Below the pieces are notes generated by a model. That model ran no database searches. It worked only from the letters and a program-made list of their open reading frames with translations, and was not told the origin of the DNA. 54,076 nucleotides of DNA, taken from contig JBMZTB010000003.1 of the NCBI GenBank assembly GCA_049623485.1, positions 1 to 54,076 on the forward strand, read 5' to 3'. Made by a program: the position numbers and the translations under genes. This document shows positions 34,045 through 43,584 of this stretch, piece after piece (within the stretch, counting starts at the first letter, position 1; each line of letters begins with the position of its first letter). This DNA is from Candidatus Poseidoniaceae archaeon (GTDB taxonomy: Archaea; Thermoplasmatota; Poseidoniia; Poseidoniales; Poseidoniaceae).

Positions 34045-37000
34045 TCAAACACCTCCAGTCATATCAAGCGCCTCTTTCCATGACTTGGTCAAGTCAGCGA
34101 TGTTGGCTTGAATCAGTTCATCATAACCGTCTTCGATAATGAGGTTCTGGGCATCAGTAACCATTCCAATCAAATGGATGTCTGCATCGCTCATGGCTTC
34201 AATAAACTGTATTTCGTGTTCGGAGTCAACTGCAACAATAATTCTTCCAAGGGATTCGCTCCAAAGCCGAGAGAAGGAGTCGCCTTCTCCAATTCCATCA
34301 ATATCGATAATTGCTCCCAATCGTCCACCAATGCACATTTCTGCTACAGCTACTGCAAGGCCGCCTTCACTGCAGTCGTGTGCTGTTTGAATCAATCCAT
34401 CTTGAATTGTTTTGGAGAGTCTTCGGTAAATGTCGAGTTGTCGTTCTGGCTCAGGTAATCTCGGAACATGACCTCCAATTCCTTCGACAAGGTTCTTTTC
34501 GTTAAGGTGGTAAGCAACTTCTGAAGCACCTAATTCATTCTTACTGTTTCCAACAAGATAGATGCGTTGCCCGTGTTTCTTAAAATTCGATGTGGCTGTA
34601 TTTCGTACATCGGCATGGTTTCCAAATAGAGAGAAGAGCATCGTTGGTGGAATGGATATTTTGTTTGGCCAAACACCGTAATCGTTCTTCATTGAATCCT
34701 TTCCAGAGACACATGGAAGACGATATGCTCTACAAATACGCTCCAATTCTCGATTTGCTCGAACGAGTTGTGCAAGTTTGAATTTGCCGTCTGGAGTCTT
34801 TTCGGATTCGATTGGATCTGGCCAGCAAAAGTTGTCAAGCCCAGCCATTTTGTCAATGTCAACGCCAACACATACTGCATTTCGTACAGCTTCGTCGATT
34901 GCTGCGGCGACCATGGCCCCTGCATCAATGTCCGAATATCTAGGAGCGATTCCACATGAAACAACGATTCCTTGGGGATTTCCATGGATTGGAGCAATAA
35001 GACCTGCATCTCCAGGTCCGTCTCGTTCCTTTCCTACGAATGGCTTGACAGCAGTTTGAGCCATGACTTCATGATCGTATTGACGAACCCACGTTTCCTT
35101 AGAAGCAATGTTTGGTCGTGCAAGCATTTCCACCAGAAGTGTTGTGTTGTCAAGAGAAGTCGGTGGATTGAATTCTGGCAGTACTGGAGGGACCCATTCT
35201 GATTCCAACTCAAGTTGAGGGACGCCATCATGAAGGAATTCAATTGGGAGATATGCGACTGTTTCGTCTCCATGCTTGACATGGAAATATCCTGAATTCG
35301 TGAACTCGGCAACAGCTGTCGCTTCGACTTCGTGAAGTGCTGCAAGGGCTTCAAACGCTTCAGTATCTTTTGGTGCTACTGCTACGGTCATACGTTCCTG
35401 TGATTCTGAAACCAGTATTTCCCAAGATGAAAGGCCTTCTTGTTTGAGTGGAACCTTGCCAAGGTCGATTTCACATCCGTTTGTGTATTCAGCCATTTCA
35501 CCTATTGATGAAGAGAGTCCGCCAGCACCATTGTCTGTAATACAGGTAATCAAACACGCATCCCTGGCTTCAAGAATCATGTCCATCATCTTCTTTTGAG
35601 TGATCGGATCTCCAATTTGGACAGCACTTGATGGCGATTCATCTGTCAATTCGAGAGATGAGAAAGTGGCTCCATGTATTCCATCGGAACCAACTCTGCC
35701 ACCAACCATGTACACGGTATCGCCTGGCGTTGGATTCTTCTCATGAGATTCGCGACCATCTGCAAGGCGGCGGGGCATCAATCCAACTGTTCCACAATAT
35801 ACTAGTGGCTTACCAATATAGCGTTCATCAAACACGATTGCCCCATTCACTGTTGGAATTCCAGATTCATTGCCACCTACTCGAACACCTGCATGCACGC
35901 CACGCAGGACGCGTGATGGATGGAAAAGGGTGGATGGAAGTTCCCCAGTCCATGTTGGCGGCCCGAAACAAAAGACATCTGTATTCGCTATTGGCCTTGC
36001 TCCAAGTCCAGTCCCGAGAATGTCTCGATTGACGCCAACAATACCCGTCATTGCACCGCCGTACGGATCAAGTGCAGAAGGAGAGTTGTGAGTTTCTGCT
36101 TTCATACAAACGCTCCAATCGTCATTCCATGCGATAACTCCAGAATTATCGTGAAAAACTGAAAGAAGCCAATCGACTTCCTTTGCCATATCATGAGTAG
36201 GATTCATGATGTGGGTTTTGAACAATGAATCGATGATCGTATCTTCATTCGTTTCAGTATCGACATGATGTATTTTACTTGCGAAAATCTTGTGTTTGCA
36301 GTGTTCACTCCACGTTTGTGCAAGACATTCCAATTCCACATCTGTTGGTGCATTTATCGAAATTCCAACCAATTGGCGTGCTGTTTGGTGCTCTGGCATT
36401 CTGTAGTGGGCTTGAATTGCCTGCATCTCTGTAAGATTAAGAGCGAGTAAGCCGTCATTAGAGAGGCGAGTTAATTCCTCATTCGCCACTTCTAAATCAA
36501 TAATTGAGGGTGATTGTCGGACGATTGTTGGCCTGTCTGGAAATGTAATCGTTGATGCGTTTCCTGATGAGATCTCTTCTCGGGTTGCTAAAATTGCTCG
36601 CTCGATGAGAGGATTATGAAGTGTTGAAGCAAGCCAAGTGTTGTCGACAGTCGCTGGAAGATTGGTAAAAACATATGTTGTATAGGTAGATATCGATGCA
36701 TTCTCATCTGGAAAGAGTACTTGAAATCCGTCATTTGCAGCGGCACCTGGGTTGTCGGTAACGCCTGGTTTGAATCCAACTGTGACGGATAAGGACGGTA
36801 CCTCTGAGAAGAATTCTGGGTTGTGAATTATTGAAGTGTCGACTGCTCCAAATTCAATAATTGGATCGGAGAAAATATCCTGTACACGGGGGGTGATTGA
36901 ACTAGCGTCGTATTCACTGCGGACGAGATATCCGCAAATGCTGCGCACGATTCCAACATCGACTCCATGGTCGGCTATGAGTTGCCGACGTACAACGTCT

Positions 37001-37068
37001 CCGCGTACATCGCGCATCCCTTCTGTTTGCAAAGGCGTGACTTCGATTCGCACATCGTGGACTGTCAT
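34045..37068 (-). CDS. purL: Phosphoribosylformylglycinamidine synthase PurL with a ~250-aa N-terminal PurS-like extension (PurS-PurL fusion type)
   Basis: 'WSEHCKHKIF', 'ETHNSPSALDPYGGAMTG', 'TDNGAGGLSSSIGEM' and 'HDCSEGGLAVAVAEM'. At 1007 aa it is longer than the ~700-750 aa usual for small PurL. Confidence 0.9.
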   Translation of the reverse strand: MTVHDVRIEVTPLQTEGMRDVRGDVVRRQLIADHGVDVGIVRSICGYLVRSEYDASSITPRVQDIFSDPIIEFGAVDTSIIHNPEFFSEVPSLSVTVGFKPGVTDNPGAAANDGFQVLFPDENASISTYTTYVFTNLPATVDNTWLASTLHNPLIERAILATREEISSGNASTITFPDRPTIVRQSPSIIDLEVANEELTRLSNDGLLALNLTEMQAIQAHYRMPEHQTARQLVGISINAPTDVELECLAQTWSEHCKHKIFASKIHHVDTETNEDTIIDSLFKTHIMNPTHDMAKEVDWLLSVFHDNSGVIAWNDDWSVCMKAETHNSPSALDPYGGAMTGIVGVNRDILGTGLGARPIANTDVFCFGPPTWTGELPSTLFHPSRVLRGVHAGVRVGGNESGIPTVNGAIVFDERYIGKPLVYCGTVGLMPRRLADGRESHEKNPTPGDTVYMVGGRVGSDGIHGATFSSLELTDESPSSAVQIGDPITQKKMMDMILEARDACLITCITDNGAGGLSSSIGEMAEYTNGCEIDLGKVPLKQEGLSSWEILVSESQERMTVAVAPKDTEAFEALAALHEVEATAVAEFTNSGYFHVKHGDETVAYLPIEFLHDGVPQLELESEWVPPVLPEFNPPTSLDNTTLLVEMLARPNIASKETWVRQYDHEVMAQTAVKPFVGKERDGPGDAGLIAPIHGNPQGIVVSCGIAPRYSDIDAGAMVAAAIDEAVRNAVCVGVDIDKMAGLDNFCWPDPIESEKTPDGKFKLAQLVRANRELERICRAYRLPCVSGKDSMKNDYGVWPNKISIPPTMLFSLFGNHADVRNTATSNFKKHGQRIYLVGNSKNELGASEVAYHLNEKNLVEGIGGHVPRLPEPERQLDIYRRLSKTIQDGLIQTAHDCSEGGLAVAVAEMCIGGRLGAIIDIDGIGEGDSFSRLWSESLGRIIVAVDSEHEIQFIEAMSDADIHLIGMVTDAQNLIIEDGYDELIQANIADLTKSWKEALDMTGGV

Positions 37069-37124
37069 GACTTCCGACCCAAACAGAGTTCATCGCATAC
37101 GCTCTTTGAACACTACGGCGGACT

Positions 37125-40058
37125 TCACTGGGGAGAAAGGAGGGTTTTGAGGAAATTTCCAGTAAAACTGTTCTCTTCATCTGCAACTTCCTCGGGCGTA
37201 CCAGCGGTCACGATTTGCCCTCCACGTTCGCCCCCTTCAGGACCTAGATCAATGACGTGATCGCTGCACTTCACAACATCAAGATGGTGTTCAATAACAA
37301 TCACAGTATGACCTTTAGAACGTAATTCAAGAAGAACGTCGATGAGCATTTGGACATCGCTAAATGCTAATCCAGTTGTTGGTTCATCCAGTATGTACAC
37401 TGTATGTTTATGCGGGGGTCTGCGTAGTTCACTTGCGAGTTTGACTCGCTGAGCCTCGCCACCAGACAATGTTGTTGCTGGTTGGCCAAGTCTGATGTAC
37501 GAAAGCCCTACTGAGTGAAGAGTTTCGAGTGTCCTGTGGATTTTCCGATGATGTTCAAAGAATTTTACCGCCTCACCAACAGGCATTTGCAATACATCGT
37601 GGATTGTCTTCCCTTTCCAAGTGACTTCTAGGCATTCCCTTGTGTAGCGTTTCCCATTACAAATGTCGCATTCGATCCAGACGTCTGGAAGAAAATTCAT
37701 TTCCAATTTTATAGAACCTGCTCCTGAACAAGCTTCACATCGACCGCCTTTGACATTGAAACTAAAAGTCCCGGGAGTATATCCCCTCTCCTTCGCTAAT
37801 GTTGTATTGGAAAAGAGTTTTCTGATTTCATCGAACACTTTTGTATATGTTGCTGCATTTGAACGAGGAGTTCTTCCGATGGGAGATTGATCGATAATGA
37901 TAGCCTTATCAACGTGTTCAAGACCGTCGATTTCCTTGTGCTTTCCAGGAAGTTTTTCGCTGTTGTGAAGGTATCTTTGAAGTGATGGGGCTAGGATTCC
38001 TGAGATAAGTGAAGATTTACCAGAGCCAGAAACCCCTGTTACAGATGTAAAGCAGCCGAGTGGAAGTTTTACATCGATATTGCTCAAATTATTGTGTTGG
38101 GCGCCTTTGATTGTAAGCCATTTCTTTGACGGTTTTTGCCTTTTTTCTGGAACTTTTATTGATCTTCGGCCTGAAAGATATGCGCCTGTAACCGAATCTT
38201 TTGCTTTCATAACCTTGGAGGGAATTCCATTCGCAACGATATTTCCTCCTTCAAGGCCTGCGCCTGGGCCTAGGTCGCAGATCCAATCCGCTTGCCGTAA
38301 TGTATCCTCGTCGTGTTCGACAACAAGGAGTGTATTGCCCAAGGAAGTGAGTTCGCGTAATGTTTCCAATAGTCGTTCATTGTCTCGTTGATGCAAACCA
38401 ATAGAAGGTTCATCGAGAACGTACATGACTCCAGTAAGTCTAGATCCTATTTGTGTCGCTAATCGTATTCGTTGGCTTTCGCCGCCAGACAACGTGTTTG
38501 CTTTACGATCGAGGGTGAGATAATCCAGCCCAACGCTATCAAGGAAACCGAGTCGATTCTCGATTTCTTTGAGAATTTCATTTCCAATAAAGAGGGCTCT
38601 ATCATCAAGGGTTTCGAGAACATCAGCATATTGCTCAGGAGGTCCATCCGCTTCTGGATTGAGAGCTTTGATCAATTGGTACGCTTCGTGAACTGAACTT
38701 CGGCTGACCTCTGGAAGGCGGATTCCACCTACAGTTACGAAACGAGCTGCTGGATTGAGTTTCTCACCATTACAAGCATGGCAGTCGAGGTCGGTCATAC
38801 ATGCTATGAGTCTGTTTCGAGTGCGATCGGAGGATGTCTCTGAGTATGTTCGTTCAAGCCGGGAAATGATGCCTTCCCAGGGACGATTCATCTTGTAGAC
38901 TGATCCATTGTCTGATTCGAAATGGAAATGAATGATGGTCGACCCTGACCCATGAAGTAAGATGTCTTTCGAGTCCTCGTCAAGAAGGCCAAAGGGGACT
39001 GTGGCCGATATTCCATAATGTTCGCATACTTGTTGGAGCAGCTTTTTGTACCATCCAGGGGACATTGATTGACGCCAAGGAAGTACGCACCCATTTGATA
39101 CTGCAAGTGTATCGTCGATGATTAATTCTGGATTAAATTGGCGTTGGATTCCAAGCCCTTGACAATCAGGACATGCTCCCAACGGGGAATTGAAAGAGAA
39201 AACTCTAGGGGAGAGTTCTGGCATAAAAGCGCCGTGCTCAGGACATGCAAATTCCTCTGACCAGGAAACGGTGTCCCCTTCCTTATGCACGGGACGGTTC
39301 TTTCCGTTGAGTTCATCGAGGTTTTTAGGGACTCGTAAACTGGTAACTGCAAGGGCTCCACCACCAAGACGTAATGCGTTTTCTACACTTTCTGTCGTTC
39401 GTTGACGTCGTTCTCTTGAAAGAATGAAACGGTCGATTCGAACGTCGATATCGTGACGCATGTTCTTGTCGAGTGTCGGGGGATTTTCGAAATCAACTTC
39501 ATGACCATTGACACGACCTTGCATGTATCCCTGCTCAACAAATTGTCTGAATAATTCCACATGAGTCCCTTTTCTAGCTCGAACAACGGGGCTCCAAACG
39601 GCAATTGTGTGTTGTTCATAATTCCAAAATATATCGTCAACGATTTCTTGAACCGTCCGCCGGGCTACTTCTTGGCCACAATCTGGGCAATGGGGCTTTC
39701 CAATTCTTGCCCATAGAAGTCGAAGATAGTCTTGAATTTCGGTCACGGTTGCAACCGTTGACCTTGGATTGTGAGAGCCTTGTTTTTGATCAATTGAAAT
39801 CGCTGGAGAAAGACCTTCGATTCCGTCACAATCTGCTTTCTTCATTTGACCAATGAACTGGCGAGCATAGGAAGAAAGAGATTCAACATATCTTCGTTGG
39901 CCTTCAGCGTAGAGGGTATCGAATGCTAAACTCGATTTCCCTGAACCCGAGACGCCTGAGATAACAACGAACTTTCCTCTTGGAAGTTTGACATCGATGT
40001 CTTGTAGATTGTGTGTACGAGCACCTCGCACCTCGATCCACTCGTGGTTTACAGACAT
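37125..40058 (-). CDS. uvrA: Excinuclease ABC subunit A
   Basis: Two ABC modules: 'ISGVSGSGKSSLAFD' / 'LSGGESQRIRLA' and 'VTGVSGSGKSSLISG' / 'LSGGEAQRVKLA'. Zn-finger Cys clusters 'CPDCQGLG' and 'CEACSGAG'. Confidence 0.95.
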   Translation of the reverse strand: MSVNHEWIEVRGARTHNLQDIDVKLPRGKFVVISGVSGSGKSSLAFDTLYAEGQRRYVESLSSYARQFIGQMKKADCDGIEGLSPAISIDQKQGSHNPRSTVATVTEIQDYLRLLWARIGKPHCPDCGQEVARRTVQEIVDDIFWNYEQHTIAVWSPVVRARKGTHVELFRQFVEQGYMQGRVNGHEVDFENPPTLDKNMRHDIDVRIDRFILSRERRQRTTESVENALRLGGGALAVTSLRVPKNLDELNGKNRPVHKEGDTVSWSEEFACPEHGAFMPELSPRVFSFNSPLGACPDCQGLGIQRQFNPELIIDDTLAVSNGCVLPWRQSMSPGWYKKLLQQVCEHYGISATVPFGLLDEDSKDILLHGSGSTIIHFHFESDNGSVYKMNRPWEGIISRLERTYSETSSDRTRNRLIACMTDLDCHACNGEKLNPAARFVTVGGIRLPEVSRSSVHEAYQLIKALNPEADGPPEQYADVLETLDDRALFIGNEILKEIENRLGFLDSVGLDYLTLDRKANTLSGGESQRIRLATQIGSRLTGVMYVLDEPSIGLHQRDNERLLETLRELTSLGNTLLVVEHDEDTLRQADWICDLGPGAGLEGGNIVANGIPSKVMKAKDSVTGAYLSGRRSIKVPEKRQKPSKKWLTIKGAQHNNLSNIDVKLPLGCFTSVTGVSGSGKSSLISGILAPSLQRYLHNSEKLPGKHKEIDGLEHVDKAIIIDQSPIGRTPRSNAATYTKVFDEIRKLFSNTTLAKERGYTPGTFSFNVKGGRCEACSGAGSIKLEMNFLPDVWIECDICNGKRYTRECLEVTWKGKTIHDVLQMPVGEAVKFFEHHRKIHRTLETLHSVGLSYIRLGQPATTLSGGEAQRVKLASELRRPPHKHTVYILDEPTTGLAFSDVQMLIDVLLELRSKGHTVIVIEHHLDVVKCSDHVIDLGPEGGERGGQIVTAGTPEEVADEENSFTGNFLKTLLSPQ

Positions 40059-40079
40059 AGGAACAAAGATAGCGTGTTG

Positions 40080-40964
40080 TCAAGGGTTCTTCAATCCGTG
40101 GTTCCAGGCTGGATCGTATTCGGATTCAAAACGTACTGGTTCGTCATCGAACGGATGAAGAAATTCTAGAGCGGTTGCGTGGAGACAAATTCTTCCGTGA
40201 AGGTTCGTCTCAGCACCATGCATTCGGTCACCAACAACTGGCGTTCCATGGTCTGCTAAAGCGACGCGGATCTGATGGCGTCTCCCAGTTTCGATAAGGA
40301 TGTGAAGAAGCGTTGCAATGTCGTTTGACTTCAATACCTGCCAAGAGGTTACTGCGAGTTTGCTTTCCTTCGTTTTGCTTTCAGAAATATGCACTCTCAG
40401 CGTCTTGTCCTCAATGAGGTGATGGGTTGCGTTTCCATCTTCTGCAACCCCTTCAACGAGAGCGACGTAATGCCGGTGAACTTGCCGTTCAGCAAATTGG
40501 TCTTGCAGATAGCGTTTTGATTCCTCATTCTTTGCAAATATCATAACACCTGAGGTTGCTTTATCGAGACGGTGAACGATAAAACACCAGCCTTTCCGAT
40601 CATTTGTTTTGCAATATTCAACACATCTGTTGTGAAGAGTGTCCCGTTCAAGTTTGTTTGTTGCAACAGAAAGGAGGCCTGCGGGTTTTGAAACAACGAG
40701 GATATGTTCATCTTCAAACAGAATATCGAGATCATTTTCTTTCGCAGAGACTTCTTGCTTTTCTTCGTTCGTCATCTTCGGACGAGGGAGAATCTCAATG
40801 ATTTGTCCGGGTTGAACGATGTGTTTTGCTTTGTAAACTACAGTTTCATCAACTTGAATCCGTTGATTTGTAAGCATTTTACGCAGGACGTTGTTGCTTG
40901 TGGAAGGTTGCATCTTTTTGAGTTGGTCGAGTAATGTGGCTTCCTCTGAAACAGTTACTCGCAT
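40080..40964 (-). CDS. RluA-family pseudouridine synthase with N-terminal S4-like domain
   Basis: Catalytic 'VHRLDKATSGVMIFAK', 'HQIRVALA' and 'VGDRMHG'. Confidence 0.85.
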   Translation of the reverse strand: MRVTVSEEATLLDQLKKMQPSTSNNVLRKMLTNQRIQVDETVVYKAKHIVQPGQIIEILPRPKMTNEEKQEVSAKENDLDILFEDEHILVVSKPAGLLSVATNKLERDTLHNRCVEYCKTNDRKGWCFIVHRLDKATSGVMIFAKNEESKRYLQDQFAERQVHRHYVALVEGVAEDGNATHHLIEDKTLRVHISESKTKESKLAVTSWQVLKSNDIATLLHILIETGRRHQIRVALADHGTPVVGDRMHGAETNLHGRICLHATALEFLHPFDDEPVRFESEYDPAWNHGLKNP

Positions 40965-40973
40965 AATTTCACC

Positions 40974-42179
40974 TCAAAGTAAGAGCACTTCAATCCATTC
41001 CCCTGTCTTACCCGATTGTCCGGGTTGAAGTAAGGTTAAGCCATCTGCTGAAGATAAACTATCGATGTTTCCGGAACCTTGGTGTTTTGGTTGATCAGCA
41101 AGGAACCCTTCTTTTGTCGAACGTAGACTCACTCTCCTCAAGGTTAGGCAGTCATTCGTTGAGCGTACATCGGTTAAGAGTTTAGCATGAATAATTCGAT
41201 CGATTGGAAAGGACGTTTGAAGTGCATATCGCAGATACGGTGTTACAAGCATACGGAATACAACATGACTGCTAACAGGATTTCCGGGGAGGCCAAACAT
41301 CGGTGTTCCATTCCAATGACCAAAGAGTGGTGGCGAGCCGGGACGTATGCGAACTCTCCAGAAAGCAATCTCTCCTTCTTCCTCCATGAGTTTGCGAACA
41401 AAATCCCATTCGCCCATAGACACCCCGCCTGATGTGAGAAAGAGATCGCATTCTGAGGCTGCTTTGTTGAATTGTTCTCGTAAATCAGTGAGTGAATCAA
41501 TCACTGCTGGATATCGAATTGGAGTGTGTCCTAGTGCTTGGACAAGGCCTGAAAGGCCGTATGAATTGGATTCATAAATTTCTCCAAAGGAGAGGTTTTC
41601 TCCAGGAGATTTGAGCTCATCTCCGGTCGAAATAATTCCAATCTTAAGTTTCTTAACGACTGGGAGGTGACTGTATCCCATCGTAGCACACATCGAAATA
41701 GATTGTGGAGAGAGGTAACTTCCTTGTTTCAAACCGATGGTCCCTTTCTTGATATTTTCTCCACAACGGCGAATGAAGTGTGGTTTGGAAGGTTGGGTTA
41801 ATGTGACTGAATTGCCTTCTACAACACATGCCTCAATTGGAATAATGGCATCTGCTCCCTCTGGCATCGGGGCCCCTGTCATTATTCGAACCGCTTCACC
41901 AGATGAAATAGAAACCGAACTATTCGAAGCTGCAGCCTGTGCTGTTGCCACGACAACTAGTGTCGTTGGAGCCGTTTTCGTATCCTCGAAACGTACTGCG
42001 AAACCATCCATGGCAGAATTGTCAAACGGAGGATCATGGACTTTTGAAGCCATGTCGGAAGCGAGTATTCGGCCATAGGCTTGGTCGAGTGGGATGGATT
42101 CTATTTGGGTTTTGATGGCGTAATTCTGTACGATTGTGATGGCTTCTTCGAGAGAGATGTAGTATGGCGTTTCTGACAT
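40974..42179 (-). CDS. moeA: Molybdopterin molybdenum/tungsten transferase MoeA
   Basis: 'DNSAMDGFAV', 'RIMTGAPMPEGADA', 'LFLTSGGVSMGEWDFV' and 'GLPGNPVSS'. Confidence 0.9.
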   Translation of the reverse strand: MSETPYYISLEEAITIVQNYAIKTQIESIPLDQAYGRILASDMASKVHDPPFDNSAMDGFAVRFEDTKTAPTTLVVVATAQAAASNSSVSISSGEAVRIMTGAPMPEGADAIIPIEACVVEGNSVTLTQPSKPHFIRRCGENIKKGTIGLKQGSYLSPQSISMCATMGYSHLPVVKKLKIGIISTGDELKSPGENLSFGEIYESNSYGLSGLVQALGHTPIRYPAVIDSLTDLREQFNKAASECDLFLTSGGVSMGEWDFVRKLMEEEGEIAFWRVRIRPGSPPLFGHWNGTPMFGLPGNPVSSHVVFRMLVTPYLRYALQTSFPIDRIIHAKLLTDVRSTNDCLTLRRVSLRSTKEGFLADQPKHQGSGNIDSLSSADGLTLLQPGQSGKTGEWIEVLLL

Positions 42180-42258
42180 TGATTGGGCCCCCGATGGATG
42201 TGCTACAGGCTGTGGGTCAGTTCGCCAACCTCAAAGGTTTGTCTCGTCTGGGGATGAC

Positions 42259-43584
42259 GTGGTCACTTCTTCTAGCCTATGGGATGTCGTCGTACGGACG
42301 GTTGTCACAAGCGGAACTGCCACACTCATAGCAACGGTTTTTGCCCTCGCTATTGCTCTCATATTAGCAAATACGAATTGGAGAAGAAAAGAAATATTGC
42401 GAATTCTTGTTCAGACTTTGTATGGACTCCCGCCTGTGGTAGTTGGGGTTGTTGTCTATCTCGCTTTATCAAAGGACGGTGTGCTAGCAGATCTGAATTG
42501 GCTGTTCACAATTGAGGGCATGATTTTAGCACAAACCTTGCTCATTTTCCCGCTTATTCTTGGTGTTGCATGGGGTGCGTTGGAGCGCGTTTCAGAAGAT
42601 AAGAGAGATGTTTTTCGAGTTATGAATGTAAAGAGAACGAAACGGGTTTTTCTTGAAATGTATTGTGCTCGAAGAGGAATTGTCAATGCCGTGCTGCTTG
42701 GGTTCGGACGAGCGATTGCGGAGGTTGGTGCCGTTTTAATGGTGGGCGGAAATATTGCTGGAAAAACACGCGTCCTTACTACAAGTGTTGTGCTTGAAAC
42801 CTCCATTGGAGAGATGGATGCCGCATTACAACTTGGGGGTGTGCTTCTTGTTTTATCCCTAGTAGTGGCATTGTGCATTCAGTTATTGCAAAAAGTTCAT
42901 TTCTTCGGGAGAGGTGATTTTGGGGATGATGAAAGGGATTTACGTTGCTTTGAAAAGTTCAAGATTACATTGGAAGATCTATGCGTCGAAAAGGACGGTG
43001 CCCTCATCATAGACTCGTTTTCAGTCGAACTCAACCAAGGAGAAATTGTAGCATTGATGGGTGAATCTGGATCGGGGAAATCCACTCTTTTAAGAAAAAT
43101 TTGTGGTTTGGAAGGGGTTTCGGCGGTAAGCCATGATGTCGCATATGTCGCACAACAACCAACACTTGTGATGGACACAGTCGCCATGGAATTGAAACTC
43201 CCTTTCATGGTCCAAGAGAATCTAGCAAATGCCGGCAAAAAGCTTGCCGAAATTTGTGGTTTGGAAGAAAAGGAGAATCAACGCACAAATACGTTATCTG
43301 GTGGGGAAAAACAGCGGCTTGTCTTTCTAAGAGCATTGGCAATGAACAGAAAAATACTGATTCTTGATGAGTTTACATCTGAACTCGATGGTCTATCGAT
43401 TGAAAAAATAGAGCAAGAAGTTCTTGATTTCAAAGAGCGTGGGGGTTGTGTTCTCTTTGCAACACATAATGTTCTACAAGCGGAACGTTTGGCGACTCGA
43501 ACGATATTTATTCATCAAGGGAAAGAAGTGGATTCTGAAAGTGAAATTGCTCAACAAATCAAATCAGGGAAATGGATTGGTTAA
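42259..43584 (+). CDS. Fused ABC importer permease-ATPase, TupB-TupC-like (tungstate/oxyanion)
   Basis: N-terminal ~215 aa form a permease with the EAA-type loop 'GFGRAIAEVGAVLMVGGNIAGKTRVLTT'. The C-terminal ATPase has 'GESGSGKSTLL', 'LSGGEKQRLVFLRAL', 'ILILDEFTS' and 'FATHN'. GTG start. Confidence 0.75.
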   Translation: MVTSSSLWDVVVRTVVTSGTATLIATVFALAIALILANTNWRRKEILRILVQTLYGLPPVVVGVVVYLALSKDGVLADLNWLFTIEGMILAQTLLIFPLILGVAWGALERVSEDKRDVFRVMNVKRTKRVFLEMYCARRGIVNAVLLGFGRAIAEVGAVLMVGGNIAGKTRVLTTSVVLETSIGEMDAALQLGGVLLVLSLVVALCIQLLQKVHFFGRGDFGDDERDLRCFEKFKITLEDLCVEKDGALIIDSFSVELNQGEIVALMGESGSGKSTLLRKICGLEGVSAVSHDVAYVAQQPTLVMDTVAMELKLPFMVQENLANAGKKLAEICGLEEKENQRTNTLSGGEKQRLVFLRALAMNRKILILDEFTSELDGLSIEKIEQEVLDFKERGGCVLFATHNVLQAERLATRTIFIHQGKEVDSESEIAQQIKSGKWIG

